From a virus: 64,000 bases of DNA. Below, one piece after another: positions 29,804-40,437 of the stretch. The notes beneath the pieces are model-generated. The model searched no databases. It saw only the letters and a program-made list of their open reading frames with translations, and had not been told where the DNA came from. How positions within the stretch are numbered: position 1 is the first letter of the stretch; the number at the start of each line of letters is the position of its first letter. The stretch covers positions 158-64,157 of IMG/VR virus record IMGVR_UViG_3300008253_000110; one strand, 5' to 3'. The position numbers and the translations under genes are program-made.

Positions 29804-30289
29804 CTAAATTTTCACGAATTGATATAGACTTATCTCTGGTAATGTTGATATTATAACTTGTCTATTATCTTCTGTTAAACTATCAAAAAATAATATAGTT
29901 TTATCTTTATCCGATATTATAAACTTATCCCAAAAATTCCATACACGAACATCCACACTATTATATATTACACCATCAGCATCCTCAATTCCGTCATATA
30001 TTATAAATTCTTTATTACAAATATTAGTAACTTCAACATATTTCAATTTCCGGTTACTGTCTATTATAAAATCAGTTAATTTAAATTCTGTAGTTAATAA
30101 CTCATATGACTTTAATAATATAATAAAATCTAAATACTGTTGTTTAACATCACCATAAAAATCTGTAATTTTAAGTCCTCTATAAACTTGAGAGCTTACC
30201 CTATCAAAATATATTCCATTTTCTTTAATAAGTTTCTGTACAGATTTATAAGAACTTACATCAGTAAATTCTAATAAATTATTATTCAT
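29804..30289 (-). CDS. Hypothetical protein (161 aa)
   Basis: Tightly packed in the operon; no motif recognised. Confidence 0.6.
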   Translation of the reverse strand: MNNNLLEFTDVSSYKSVQKLIKENGIYFDRVSSQVYRGLKITDFYGDVKQQYLDFIILLKSYELLTTEFKLTDFIIDSNRKLKYVEVTNICNKEFIIYDGIEDADGVIYNSVDVRVWNFWDKFIISDKDKTILFFDSLTEDNRQVIISTLPEISLYQFVKI

Positions 30290-30294
30290 ATTAA

Positions 30295-31158
30295 TTATCC
30301 TTTAAACTCATTAAAGGATTCACCACCTATTAAAGTACCTTTAACATTACATACATTACATATCTCTATATCATTTCTACGGTAATTTAAAAATAACTCT
30401 CTCTGCTTTGTCTTTTTTCTCCACATATCAAGAAGGCCTGTATCATTAATATTACCTATTATTAAATTCTTTTTCCAATCATGTGGACAGTATTGATAAT
30501 CTCCATCAGGTGATACGAATAACATAAAAAATGGATAATAACAAGTCTTATTATCAGAATTATTATGTATTGATGGTACAGAACCTGCTCTATTATTAAG
30601 AGAAAAATTAGTAATGATATTTTCTATTGGATCAGACTCTAAAAATATTTCCTTTAATTCTATTCGCTTACCTGCGAACTTATTAGATATATCATTATAA
30701 TATTCTATATCATTGCGATTATATACTGATATTAATATCTCTACTTGTGAGTGCATTAAATTATACATCTTATCGATAAACTTAGAAGAGCCGAACTTTT
30801 TCTTATAACCATTAGTAACTAATCGAACAGTTAAGAGATCGTTTATTTGAGTTAGTTTCTCAAATATCTCTAGGAAATCCGGATGTAATGTAGGTTCTCC
30901 TAAACCAGCTAGATCTATTTGACCTGAAAAACCTACATCTCTTAGCTCTTCAACAATTTTATTTACTATATCCATAGACATAAATTGTACTTCTTGCTTA
31001 TTAAATGATCTATAATCTATTACAGAGTGAGGACATGACACACATTGTTTGTCACAGGTCCGGGATAGTGATAGTTCTATCTCTCCAAATATATCTATGC
31101 ATGACTCATTATCTACATTTCTCTTTTTATGGGATGTATCTATATTAAAAGTTTTCAT
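30295..31158 (-). CDS. Radical SAM protein with SPASM/Twitch domain (287 aa)
   Basis: CDKQCVSC, GLGEPTLH, and C-terminal CYYPF..CPHD..C..C. Confidence 0.93.
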   Translation of the reverse strand: MKTFNIDTSHKKRNVDNESCIDIFGEIELSLSRTCDKQCVSCPHSVIDYRSFNKQEVQFMSMDIVNKIVEELRDVGFSGQIDLAGLGEPTLHPDFLEIFEKLTQINDLLTVRLVTNGYKKKFGSSKFIDKMYNLMHSQVEILISVYNRNDIEYYNDISNKFAGKRIELKEIFLESDPIENIITNFSLNNRAGSVPSIHNNSDNKTCYYPFFMLFVSPDGDYQYCPHDWKKNLIIGNINDTGLLDMWRKKTKQRELFLNYRRNDIEICNVCNVKGTLIGGESFNEFKG

Positions 31159-31997
31159 TCCAATCGACCATCAATAACTGAATATCTATAGGCTTTATAC
31201 TCAGAATAATATCTTGTCTCCTCCAAGATATCTTCTTTAAGTAATACAATAGGGGCTTTAGTTGCAAAAGAAATATTATCTCCTTCTTTTTCTATAAACT
31301 TTAAAGTAGCCTTGTTAATAATCTCTTTATGTCTCTGTATAATATCAGGTGTAAATATCTCTTGAAATATTTTTAGGGATATTGATGTTATATTCCACGG
31401 CTGTCTTGATGTTAACTCTAGAGATGATATACCTATACCCACTCTTAAACCAGTCAATCCAGTCATCTTAGAGAATGATATAAGAGTCATGACATTTGAA
31501 TATAAAGATAACTTTTCTACATATTCTATATGAGTAGATAGACTATCTTTAACATAGATATCATATGATAGGTCAATAATAAAAAATTTATCAAGATTTT
31601 CTGATATATACGTTATTATATCTGAGTCAGAAACAGATAGACCATTTGAAGGATTTGGAGTTGATATGTATATAACAGAGGCCTCAGAGAAACCAGTATG
31701 CCTTATATTATAAAGCTCAGTATAATAATCAAGCATACCATAATTAGGTGATTTATAATATATACTCTGACCTTTAAATTCATATAGAGTGTCTTTTATA
31801 ACACCATCAGTACCATACCTAACAGAGATCATATCATTATTAACCCTATACATATTAGCTATAGTAGAGAATGTATCTCTATCATGTGGATAATTGTATA
31901 AGTCAGATATACTAATATTATCAATAACAACCTGTGATTTATCTAAGATGTACTTAGATATCGGAGTATTATTGTTTGTGTGGTAAACTGAAGTCAT
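31155..31997 (-). CDS. PLP-dependent class I/II aminotransferase or decarboxylase (HisC/CobD-like)
   Basis: Motifs YISTPNPSNG, IIDLSYD and SFSK.TGLTGLRVG. Confidence 0.85.
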   Translation of the reverse strand: MTSVYHTNNNTPISKYILDKSQVVIDNISISDLYNYPHDRDTFSTIANMYRVNNDMISVRYGTDGVIKDTLYEFKGQSIYYKSPNYGMLDYYTELYNIRHTGFSEASVIYISTPNPSNGLSVSDSDIITYISENLDKFFIIDLSYDIYVKDSLSTHIEYVEKLSLYSNVMTLISFSKMTGLTGLRVGIGISSLELTSRQPWNITSISLKIFQEIFTPDIIQRHKEIINKATLKFIEKEGDNISFATKAPIVLLKEDILEETRYYSEYKAYRYSVIDGRLE

Positions 31998-32391
31998 TGG
32001 TGTTTAGTATTATCCATTTTAAGTCAATGTAGTACACTATATTGTTACGGACTACAAAGTTTCTAATATCACTATCTATTAACCTAAAGTAGCTAGTGAA
32101 CATACCGTGATCTTTTATGTAGTTTGATATTAGTATACTATTTACTCTAGGACGTGGATCTTCTTCTATATATTCAAAATAGTAATAATCATCATCTTTA
32201 TATAAATAGTTAGGTACATTAGGATCCTTATTCATACTATATAAAAAGTCTGCAGTAAATCTCATGTTACTATTATCATCAACTTTTATCAATTTCATAC
32301 CATTGAATTTATAAGATAAGAAATACTTAGACTCTAAATCATCTCCCGCAGGATCTCCTTTCTCATATACATTATTTAATAATATCACCAA
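31969..32391 (-). CDS. Small protein-kinase/phosphotransferase-fold protein (140 aa, tentative)
   Basis: YYYFEYIE resembles a hinge segment; DSDIRNFV and YYIDL resemble the catalytic loop and Mg-binding motifs. Confidence 0.45.
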   Translation of the reverse strand: MVILLNNVYEKGDPAGDDLESKYFLSYKFNGMKLIKVDDNSNMRFTADFLYSMNKDPNVPNYLYKDDDYYYFEYIEEDPRPRVNSILISNYIKDHGMFTSYFRLIDSDIRNFVVRNNIVYYIDLKWIILNTNDFSLPHKQ

Positions 32392-33241
32392 AGTCCTTAT
32401 AAAAGTTTCTAACTACAGTTTTATATGTTTCATTTAAATTACCAAGATTAGAATAGAAATCACAAGAAATACATAAGTCTTGTCTTAAATCATCTCCTAT
32501 ATTATTATATATATCCCCTATATCATCATCATATATATTACCTATTTTAGTCTCTGACTTACCATCTATCCATGTACATACTAAGATATCACCATTAGGA
32601 GCAGTACCATTATCCATAATAGCATACTGACAAGGTTTGTCTATATCAGTCCAGCCTGTAGAAGCATGTGAGTGTGAGTGATTAACCCAATCATCATATG
32701 TTCTCATTGACTCTAGTATAACTCTAAAAAAAGTATCAGGTTTCTTTGAAGATCGTAATAATACCGCTAAATTAGGGATATATTTTTTGAATTTAATTAC
32801 ATTACTTTTAAGAATGTCATATTGTTTCTCTTTACCTAATGTAATACGTTTAAATTCCTTTAGTTCAGACCCATATAGAGAAATATATACACATAGCTTC
32901 TTTCTTTGTGCCAATGACTGCATAAATGAATCAGATAGCACTGATGAGGATACTGCTGATGTGTAGAAGTAATAATTATCTATACTATCTTTAGAGTCAA
33001 GATAATCGAAGAGCTCTAACAAATCATTATGGTTATAGGATAATATATCACCTACAGTAGGTGTCATTTCAATTATCCTTGTACCATTTTTTTCTACTTC
33101 ATCAATAATATATTTGAATTTATCTATTTCAAGTGGTGTATATTTCTGATAGATACCCCCTTCTATTCCTTTTAGACAGAAGTTACATTTAAGAAAGCAT
33201 GTCGATGTTAATGATACATTAAATATATGTGGAAAGTTCAT
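32372..33241 (-). CDS. Radical SAM protein with SPASM/Twitch domain (289 aa)
   Basis: CFLKCNFC and C-terminal CQY..CTW..IGNI..C..C. Confidence 0.92.
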   Translation of the reverse strand: MNFPHIFNVSLTSTCFLKCNFCLKGIEGGIYQKYTPLEIDKFKYIIDEVEKNGTRIIEMTPTVGDILSYNHNDLLELFDYLDSKDSIDNYYFYTSAVSSSVLSDSFMQSLAQRKKLCVYISLYGSELKEFKRITLGKEKQYDILKSNVIKFKKYIPNLAVLLRSSKKPDTFFRVILESMRTYDDWVNHSHSHASTGWTDIDKPCQYAIMDNGTAPNGDILVCTWIDGKSETKIGNIYDDDIGDIYNNIGDDLRQDLCISCDFYSNLGNLNETYKTVVRNFYKDFGDIIK

Positions 33242-34031
33242 TATAAGGGATAATCCGTGTGTCTGGAAACTTTTTTAGCATTACTGTACATATCTTAGCA
33301 TAACACTCTTCTAAGTTATATTTTTTAGAAGCCTGCTTCAACTGAGACTTTTCATACTCTGTAATCCATTTATTAGCAGCTGTATTAAATTGGTTGTAAG
33401 TTGTAGTAAAAATAGTATTATCTTCTTCTTCTATATATTGGTAAAATGACTCTAGAATACAATTACGTTTATTAGGATTAATTAGATCAGTATGTTCTAT
33501 ATTAAGAAAGTTTAATCTTGCATACTCAAACTTATCATTATCATCAACTAGTTCTTTAACATATGCATCTAACACCTCTGAAAAGGTACCTTCACCCCTT
33601 TCTATGTAGTTATAAAAAGTAGTAAAGAATGCAATAGTAATATTTCTGGAGATATTAATTTGCTTCAATACATAATCTTGATAAAGGACATTAATATCTT
33701 TAGATAGTGTTTCCTTAGGGTGGTGAATACCTGTGGATTTAGATAGTATACAGTTTTCTTTAGCTTTTATAAGAAATGCATAGTTAATATAGTTTTCATA
33801 TAAGGTACAACTCTCTTTAAACACTAATTGGTTTTTATATAGTTTAAAAGCGTCCCTAATAGATATATTAAAATCTTTATAAAGGTTTATTATAGAGGAT
33901 TTGGGAGAACCTAAGGAATCCTCTACTGAACATCTTATATTTGGAGCTTCTTCTAATAAGCGAATTAATGTATTTTTACCACAATTATCTATACCATATA
34001 CAGTTATTATCTTTTTCTTTCTATTAGTCAT
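33219..34031 (-). CDS. Hypothetical P-loop-like protein (270 aa)
   Basis: N-terminal ITVYGIDNCGKNTL resembles the Walker A loop of NMP-kinase/sulfotransferase-type folds. Confidence 0.45.
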   Translation of the reverse strand: MTNRKKKIITVYGIDNCGKNTLIRLLEEAPNIRCSVEDSLGSPKSSIINLYKDFNISIRDAFKLYKNQLVFKESCTLYENYINYAFLIKAKENCILSKSTGIHHPKETLSKDINVLYQDYVLKQINISRNITIAFFTTFYNYIERGEGTFSEVLDAYVKELVDDNDKFEYARLNFLNIEHTDLINPNKRNCILESFYQYIEEEDNTIFTTTYNQFNTAANKWITEYEKSQLKQASKKYNLEECYAKICTVMLKKFPDTRIIPYNELSTYI

Positions 34032-34860
34032 TATACTTAGGATACTCTAGCATTAACGTACATTCACAAAACTTTAATTTGCAAGTTGATATTAATAAAT
34101 CCTCCTTTGATATTTTTAATTTATATGTTTCTTTAGTACAATTATTTTTAAACTTCCCATTATAGTCTATATCAATAAACATTGGCCTACATTGTTTATT
34201 CTCAAATCTATTAGACCCTGTAGCAAATGATATGAAATGAGATGGATTAACAGCATCCGCAAGTTCCTTTTCAAATACTTTTATAATATCATCAGAGTAA
34301 TTAGATTTAAACCCAATTGATTCTATAGGTGTTAAATAGTTTAATTCATACGGTATACTAAGCTTAAGTAATTCTGCTATTCGTTCTTTTGTTTTACGAT
34401 GATAGATAGGGTCTGGATGGATATTTACTATAACAAGAGTCTTTGATGATATATCCTTTAATCTTTTGAAAAAACTATCTAAGTCATATTCAGGATGATA
34501 AGAAGCTTTAATAGTTATATTATTAAGTGAATGTACTAACTCAACTCTCTTAGATAGATTGGTTATAATAAAGGTATTCTCAGAAGTTCTTGATTCTATC
34601 TTTTGAACCTCTGATATAATAAAATCAATATGTTTTGATAATAAAGGTTCACCACCAAGTATCTCTAGATTATACTCAAAATCAATGAGTTTTAGTCTAG
34701 CTATTACCAGTCGAATGATACGTCTTTCTTGTTTTGTATTAATTTTCTCTGATATATTTAATTCAGAAGCACAACAATATGTACAATGATAGTTACATCT
34801 ATTGTTTATCATCCATGAGAATGTAGGTATCGCTTTTTCAGAACCAGCTATTAGTGTCAT
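34024..34860 (-). CDS. Radical SAM protein (278 aa)
   Basis: CNYHCTYC, LGGEPLL, and a C-terminal Cys cluster (CRP..C..C..C.C). Confidence 0.93.
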   Translation of the reverse strand: MTLIAGSEKAIPTFSWMINNRCNYHCTYCCASELNISEKINTKQERRIIRLVIARLKLIDFEYNLEILGGEPLLSKHIDFIISEVQKIESRTSENTFIITNLSKRVELVHSLNNITIKASYHPEYDLDSFFKRLKDISSKTLVIVNIHPDPIYHRKTKERIAELLKLSIPYELNYLTPIESIGFKSNYSDDIIKVFEKELADAVNPSHFISFATGSNRFENKQCRPMFIDIDYNGKFKNNCTKETYKLKISKEDLLISTCKLKFCECTLMLEYPKYND

Positions 34861-35684
34861 AAGTCGTATTTACATGTATACATACACCCATTAAGGGATG
34901 TTGTAATTGAATTACATTGAGACTCTTGATCTTCAAGTTGTATCATCTCATAATTATCTATATTATATTTTGTTTTTGTGGTCCTTCTCGCTATTACATC
35001 ACATGGATATATATTACCTATCTCTGATACAAATATATACTTTGTATACTTAGGTTTAAGTCTAAACACTCTATTGAATTGGGGTTTATCTTTAAATACT
35101 TTATCTGCAGGTATAATATATGTAGAAAAATCTGAAGGGTATTTAAGTTTTGAGGAGGTATATCGTGTATCTCGAACTTTTAGATTATCATATTTTTTAC
35201 GCATAGCATCTTCTTGATTTTCATTATGTAGATACCTAGTAAATACAACACAAACATTAATACCATTCGTATTCATATACTCTATATTTTTATCAATAGC
35301 TTTTAGTTTTCTCCCTGGTCTGGATATCTGTTGTGTTTTATTATCAATACCATCTATAGCTATTTCTATTATATGCCTAGATGGAAGTGCCTGACTTAGT
35401 GAGTGTAGTGTACGTTTTTGTATATTACCATTAGAATATATCTCAACATATACAGACAGAGAAGATAGGAACTTAATGATATCTTTATGTTGTGTTGGTT
35501 CCCCTGCATTACCACATAGTATAATTTTATTTAAATTTTTAAGTTTTGAAAGGAATTGAAGGAGTTTATCTATATTAATTGAATTTAATATAATATCATT
35601 ATTATGTCTAAAACATAAAGGACATCCTGCATTACATAGATTTGTTAGTTCTATCTCTACTACTTCTATATTGTCTAGATACAT
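34857..35684 (-). CDS. Radical SAM protein (275 aa)
   Basis: EIELTNLCNAGCPLC, CGNAGEP, YPCD and C..C. Confidence 0.92.
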   Translation of the reverse strand: MYLDNIEVVEIELTNLCNAGCPLCFRHNNDIILNSINIDKLLQFLSKLKNLNKIILCGNAGEPTQHKDIIKFLSSLSVYVEIYSNGNIQKRTLHSLSQALPSRHIIEIAIDGIDNKTQQISRPGRKLKAIDKNIEYMNTNGINVCVVFTRYLHNENQEDAMRKKYDNLKVRDTRYTSSKLKYPSDFSTYIIPADKVFKDKPQFNRVFRLKPKYTKYIFVSEIGNIYPCDVIARRTTKTKYNIDNYEMIQLEDQESQCNSITTSLNGCMYTCKYDL

Positions 35685-36742
35685 TCTCTATCAATTTCTA
35701 TCGTGGAACAATGTATACCTCCAGCAAATAACTTATTATGTCGTAGCTGTACAGGTATTACTTTATAACTATTTTCTTCAAGGACTTTAATAGTAGAGTG
35801 TGCATCATTATTTACTAGTATTGTATTCTCATCAATATTAAGCACATTAATATCCATACCCCCTTGTGTTGCAAATCCTTCTCCATCTTCTATAGACCTT
35901 TGAGGGAATATATATTTAAAATCATCAAACTCAGAAGGTAGTTGAGTTCTATAGTCTAACTCAGTAAGTATAGGATTAGCTAAGAATACTTTATCTGATA
36001 TAATATTTAGTAACCCATCTATGTGATTATCCGTAAATTCTACATAATATACCTTAATAGGTAGTACTCTCTTTAACCATTTGTATCCAAGATAATGGTT
36101 AATATTAGATATATTAATAACAAGAACATCTTTATATACAATACATTGAGCTGCATCAAAGGATATATCGTATCCTTTTAAATCTAATGACTTATAGTCT
36201 CTCTTGATTCTCCAATTATCAGTATCAGTAGAGTCTTTTTCTAATTTAGGTTCAGGGGCTTTGATCCATATCTTATCTAGTTTACGGAAAATATTATATA
36301 ATAACTTGGTTTCTTGTACACGACTTCGTATAAGTACTGGAGTTTCTATTAAGTAATCATGGCACATTAATGTTAAATCTCTAACATTACCTGCACCCGA
36401 CATATAAGTTGTGTAATTAAAAGTTTTTATAGGGATTAATGTATCTACAGACTCTGGTCTATGTACAATTATACCTAAATCTTCTAATGTAGTTGCTAGT
36501 GTATCTAAATCATCTTGTCTTTCTTTAAGTATATTGTGGTTTATAGATATATTTTCATTACCTGCATTGTATTGAGATACAGTAAGATTATCTCTAAAGA
36601 AATGTTTAAATGTAAAGTCAACCATCTTTGTAGGTATATTTAATTCTTTTCCTACAATTATTTCCTTTAATATAGCGAATGGGTTATTAATCATAATTCT
36701 GGTATATCCTCCTGTGGTTGTATTATAGTGATAGGTCTCCAT
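35675..36742 (-). CDS. Amidinotransferase (glycine/inosamine-phosphate amidinotransferase family, 355 aa; true start may be slightly downstream)
   Basis: VHRP, NVRD, FDAAQ, HIDG and GGIHCST match the Asp/His/Cys catalytic pattern of guanidino-group-modifying enzymes. Confidence 0.87.
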   Translation of the reverse strand: METYHYNTTTGGYTRIMINNPFAILKEIIVGKELNIPTKMVDFTFKHFFRDNLTVSQYNAGNENISINHNILKERQDDLDTLATTLEDLGIIVHRPESVDTLIPIKTFNYTTYMSGAGNVRDLTLMCHDYLIETPVLIRSRVQETKLLYNIFRKLDKIWIKAPEPKLEKDSTDTDNWRIKRDYKSLDLKGYDISFDAAQCIVYKDVLVINISNINHYLGYKWLKRVLPIKVYYVEFTDNHIDGLLNIISDKVFLANPILTELDYRTQLPSEFDDFKYIFPQRSIEDGEGFATQGGMDINVLNIDENTILVNNDAHSTIKVLEENSYKVIPVQLRHNKLFAGGIHCSTIEIDRECI

Positions 36743-37698
36743 TTCTTAAACTCTAGACCATCATAACAAGCCTTATTAAGACAATACTTATTCTTTATCT
36801 CTATATCTTCTGATATATCTTGTATACCTATGTTGTTATAAAAGTCGTCATTACACCTATACATCTTTAGGTTATGGTCTATAACAAGATTCTTAGTACC
36901 ACACTCACACTTCATAAACCTTACTTGTTTATGTATATCTTTAGCTTTCACCATAGAATAGTTAACAACCTTATCATCTACCTGAAAATTAAATCCCTCT
37001 TCAAGATAATTAAGTAGGAAAGGATATTTCTGTGTAAAATATCTAAATTCAAATGATTTAATATCACCTTGATCCGAAGGATATAATTGAGCTTCTCTTG
37101 AATTAATAACTCCTAAACCAATTTCTGTGAATTTTATCTTGACTTTATTATCAAATTCATGTATCATTAACTTCAACTCTTTCATAAATTGTTCTTCATT
37201 TAGATATTCTGTAGAAGGAAATATATTACCTAATGCATTATACTTCTTTAATATTTTAAGCTTATCTATTAGATCTTCAATCTTCTGTTTATTAAGATGT
37301 ACAGAAGTTGATATATCTAGTGTATGATCTTTATATAATTCTAATGTATTAAGAAATCTTAATAGTCTTTTAACATTCATAGAACCATTAGTCTGAGTTT
37401 GTATGAATAGTTTCTTATGTCTGTGTCTTTTAGTAATCTCATAGTGTAAGTACTCATAATACTTAGATAGAGTAGGCTCACCACCATAGAAATATATAAA
37501 GATAGATTGATAGGGTTTTAATACATTATCAAGCTTATCTAATACTTTATTACAATCCTCTTTTGACCATTCATACGAATTATTATCATATTCAGTACAG
37601 AACCAACAGGCTTGATTACATCTAAATGATGGTTTTAATGTTACTTTAAAGTCGAATGTAGGATACTCATCTGTTGGTATTAATTCAAATAGATTCAT
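36691..37698 (-). CDS. Radical SAM protein (335 aa)
   Basis: CNQACWFC, FYGGEPTL, and C-terminal CECG..C..C..C. Confidence 0.93.
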   Translation of the reverse strand: MNLFELIPTDEYPTFDFKVTLKPSFRCNQACWFCTEYDNNSYEWSKEDCNKVLDKLDNVLKPYQSIFIYFYGGEPTLSKYYEYLHYEITKRHRHKKLFIQTQTNGSMNVKRLLRFLNTLELYKDHTLDISTSVHLNKQKIEDLIDKLKILKKYNALGNIFPSTEYLNEEQFMKELKLMIHEFDNKVKIKFTEIGLGVINSREAQLYPSDQGDIKSFEFRYFTQKYPFLLNYLEEGFNFQVDDKVVNYSMVKAKDIHKQVRFMKCECGTKNLVIDHNLKMYRCNDDFYNNIGIQDISEDIEIKNKYCLNKACYDGLEFKKWRPITIIQPQEDIPEL

Positions 37699-38731
37699 AA
37701 TATCCTTTACGATAATGTATAGGATTATATATCAATTCACCTTTTATTGCTAAGGGTAGAGTAGAGTTATTTTCAGTCTCAATACCATCACATATAAAAA
37801 AATACTTACATCCCATACATGATTTAGGTTTCATATATGTTTGATTTCTATTTTCTTTAGCTACTTTGAGCAGATGTTTTAATGAATCTTTTTTATATAC
37901 CTGAGGATCAACAGAATAGTCATATACCCCGATATTCCAATCATAGACATCCCATATATGTTGATATGTAGAGCATACATATTTCTCATACCCTTCCATG
38001 TAACAGTATGGAGTATATCTAACATTAATTATTTTAACTGCTGATTTAAGTATGTCAATAGACTTTTTTATTTCAGTGCATACTACATTATAATCTAATG
38101 GTATCTGTGTCTTAGCGTCATCCCAATGATTTAGGGGTAAGTAGTTAACCTCAAATACATCGGCATCGAGACTTTGAATTAGTGTAGAGAATTCTGATAA
38201 AGCAGTAAAGTTTTCCATAGTAACAGTAGTATTGATACGAACTTTAATACCTACTTCTCTACATAGATTGATAGCTTTAATAATACGATTAAATGCTCCT
38301 GATCGTCTTACTATTTTATCATGTATACTGGCATTAGAACCGTGAACAGAAAATAATATTTCTGTTAGACCTGCATTATAAGCTTTACGCATGAAGTCAA
38401 TCTTAGAAAATTTATGTCCGTTAGATAATGTAGATATACTAGAAAAGCCTTTATCTTTGGCATATTGTACTAACTCAAAAAAGTCTTTATGTATAGAAGA
38501 TTCCCCTCCAGAAAAGTCTATTTCTTCCATACCTGTATCCCAGAGATAATCAATACGTTTCTTTATAACATCAGTATCAGTACGAATATGAAGTTGTTCT
38601 CCGTAATAGCAGAACTCACAGTCATAATTACAATGAGTACCTGTGTCTAACTTAGCTCTTGAACATAGTTTGTCTTTATTTTCAGACTGAATCTTATGAT
38701 GTGATACAATGTTATAGTTTATTGGGCTCAT
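37685..38731 (-). CDS. Radical SAM protein with C-terminal CxxC-x4-C cluster (348 aa)
   Basis: CNYDCEFC, FSGGES and CMGCKYFFICDG. Confidence 0.93.
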   Translation of the reverse strand: MSPINYNIVSHHKIQSENKDKLCSRAKLDTGTHCNYDCEFCYYGEQLHIRTDTDVIKKRIDYLWDTGMEEIDFSGGESSIHKDFFELVQYAKDKGFSSISTLSNGHKFSKIDFMRKAYNAGLTEILFSVHGSNASIHDKIVRRSGAFNRIIKAINLCREVGIKVRINTTVTMENFTALSEFSTLIQSLDADVFEVNYLPLNHWDDAKTQIPLDYNVVCTEIKKSIDILKSAVKIINVRYTPYCYMEGYEKYVCSTYQHIWDVYDWNIGVYDYSVDPQVYKKDSLKHLLKVAKENRNQTYMKPKSCMGCKYFFICDGIETENNSTLPLAIKGELIYNPIHYRKGYYESI

Positions 38732-39668
38732 TATATATAATATTCTTAATAATATTAATTATGTCATCATTTTCCTCTAGGTTTAATGAATCAAAGTCCT
38801 CTTCAATATCTTGCATTCTATATTTAAGTCCTAAGTCTGTCTCAAGATACTCATCGTTTATTTTAGAATCGTATACGACTTGTTTATTATAATGTCTACA
38901 CTCAGCTATAAACCTAGGAGAACAATCATGCTTTCTTTCTATAGGTGTATAATAATACATAATAAATCTATTAAATAGATCCTTTGTAGGTACTTCATAA
39001 TATTTAATCCACTCAGAGTCTTCACCTTTATTTTCTGAGTTAGTAAGCACCATTATATGATATCCTTTATACTTATTAGATATTTTTTTAATTTGAGCTT
39101 CTGGAATATTACGACAATTCTTAGTAGAATATAGCATAATAGTTCTTAACCAGCCAGGGAATAATGCAGGTCGTTTAAGTCGTTTTAATCTAGAAAATAG
39201 TATTTTCTTTTTGTAATTAATACCATTAAGAGTTACTGGGTCATAAACTCTATCATCTTGAAGTATCCACACATTTTCTTTTGTATTATCTTTTATTTCT
39301 TTATCACCACAAGCCATATGAAAGATATTATCAAATATTAATGTTTTATCTTTTGTTGATAATACACCACCATCAGTAAAAATAATATTAGATCCTGATA
39401 CTAGTCTAGGTCTCTTTTTAAAAAGAGTATTTTGCTTTATATCTTCAAGTTCATTAGTATTAAAATCGTATTTCTCTTGAATAGCCTGAACAAACATATT
39501 CATATCTATATCTTCAGCTAATAATATACCAACTTTAAAATGGTTTTTTAATATATGGTAGTAATCAATGACTTCAAAAGTATGACCACATATGCCGTGG
39601 TTGTTATTACTCCATGAATAAGTCAACCATAATTCATATTCTTTAGGTAATTGTAGTATTTTACTCAT
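38712..39668 (-). CDS. Hypothetical, possibly glycosyltransferase-like protein (318 aa), paralogue of the next gene
   Basis: Shares DLF...Y.Y.....D..PR.I.E..YY.K with the 256-aa protein. Confidence 0.45.
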   Translation of the reverse strand: MSKILQLPKEYELWLTYSWSNNNHGICGHTFEVIDYYHILKNHFKVGILLAEDIDMNMFVQAIQEKYDFNTNELEDIKQNTLFKKRPRLVSGSNIIFTDGGVLSTKDKTLIFDNIFHMACGDKEIKDNTKENVWILQDDRVYDPVTLNGINYKKKILFSRLKRLKRPALFPGWLRTIMLYSTKNCRNIPEAQIKKISNKYKGYHIMVLTNSENKGEDSEWIKYYEVPTKDLFNRFIMYYYTPIERKHDCSPRFIAECRHYNKQVVYDSKINDEYLETDLGLKYRMQDIEEDFDSLNLEENDDIINIIKNIIYNEPNKL

Positions 39669-40435
39669 CCTAGCATTCCCTGTATCATCATATCGTTAGA
39701 GGATAATGTATAATTAGAAAGACCATTACTCTTAATATCATTATATCTAAGAGTAACAGAGTCTATTATATTCTCTAATTCCTCAATGATTTTAATTTTC
39801 TTAGAGTAATAAAAGGCTTCCGGAATTATTCTATTATTAGTATCACGTGAGCTATGTACATATACTATTGAAGATATTAATTCAAATAAATCTCCACGAC
39901 CTATATAATGTTCTTTCATTATAACATTATCTCTATTCCGATATTTCGAGAGTCCTAAGAATGGATACACTCCTGATACAAAGGTTTTATCTCCAGACTT
40001 TATAATATCTTTAAATATAGAAAAGTTTAATTTAAGGTAATTGAATACATCATAGTCCTGATAATCATATGATCCATAGTATGTTACACTTCTGTCATTC
40101 TTATATCTAAACATAGGATGAGGTACATCGGAGAATACATGAACATCTCCTGACAGGAATTCCTTTACATTATAGAACGATTTAATATCAACTAATAGAG
40201 TTTTCTGGAGATCAAGACTATATAAATTAGTTACATTAATTGATTTAATATTCTTTGGAGAAATAGAGTATTTTGATCTTAAGATATTGTTAACTAAATT
40301 TAAATCTTCTTTTGTGATTCCTGCTATGTATAGCTCAGTTTTGAGGTATACTGCATACTCAAATGCATAGAATAGAGATCCATTTATCTTATTATGTATT
40401 TGCCATTTATATACTACACCAATTCGCCTGCTCAT
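39665..40435 (-). CDS. Hypothetical, possibly glycosyltransferase-like protein (256 aa)
   Basis: DLFELISSIVYVHSSRDTNNRIIPEAFYYSKKI aligns with the 318-aa paralogue. Confidence 0.45.
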   Translation of the reverse strand: MSRRIGVVYKWQIHNKINGSLFYAFEYAVYLKTELYIAGITKEDLNLVNNILRSKYSISPKNIKSINVTNLYSLDLQKTLLVDIKSFYNVKEFLSGDVHVFSDVPHPMFRYKNDRSVTYYGSYDYQDYDVFNYLKLNFSIFKDIIKSGDKTFVSGVYPFLGLSKYRNRDNVIMKEHYIGRGDLFELISSIVYVHSSRDTNNRIIPEAFYYSKKIKIIEELENIIDSVTLRYNDIKSNGLSNYTLSSNDMMIQGMLG

Positions 40436-40437
40436 TA

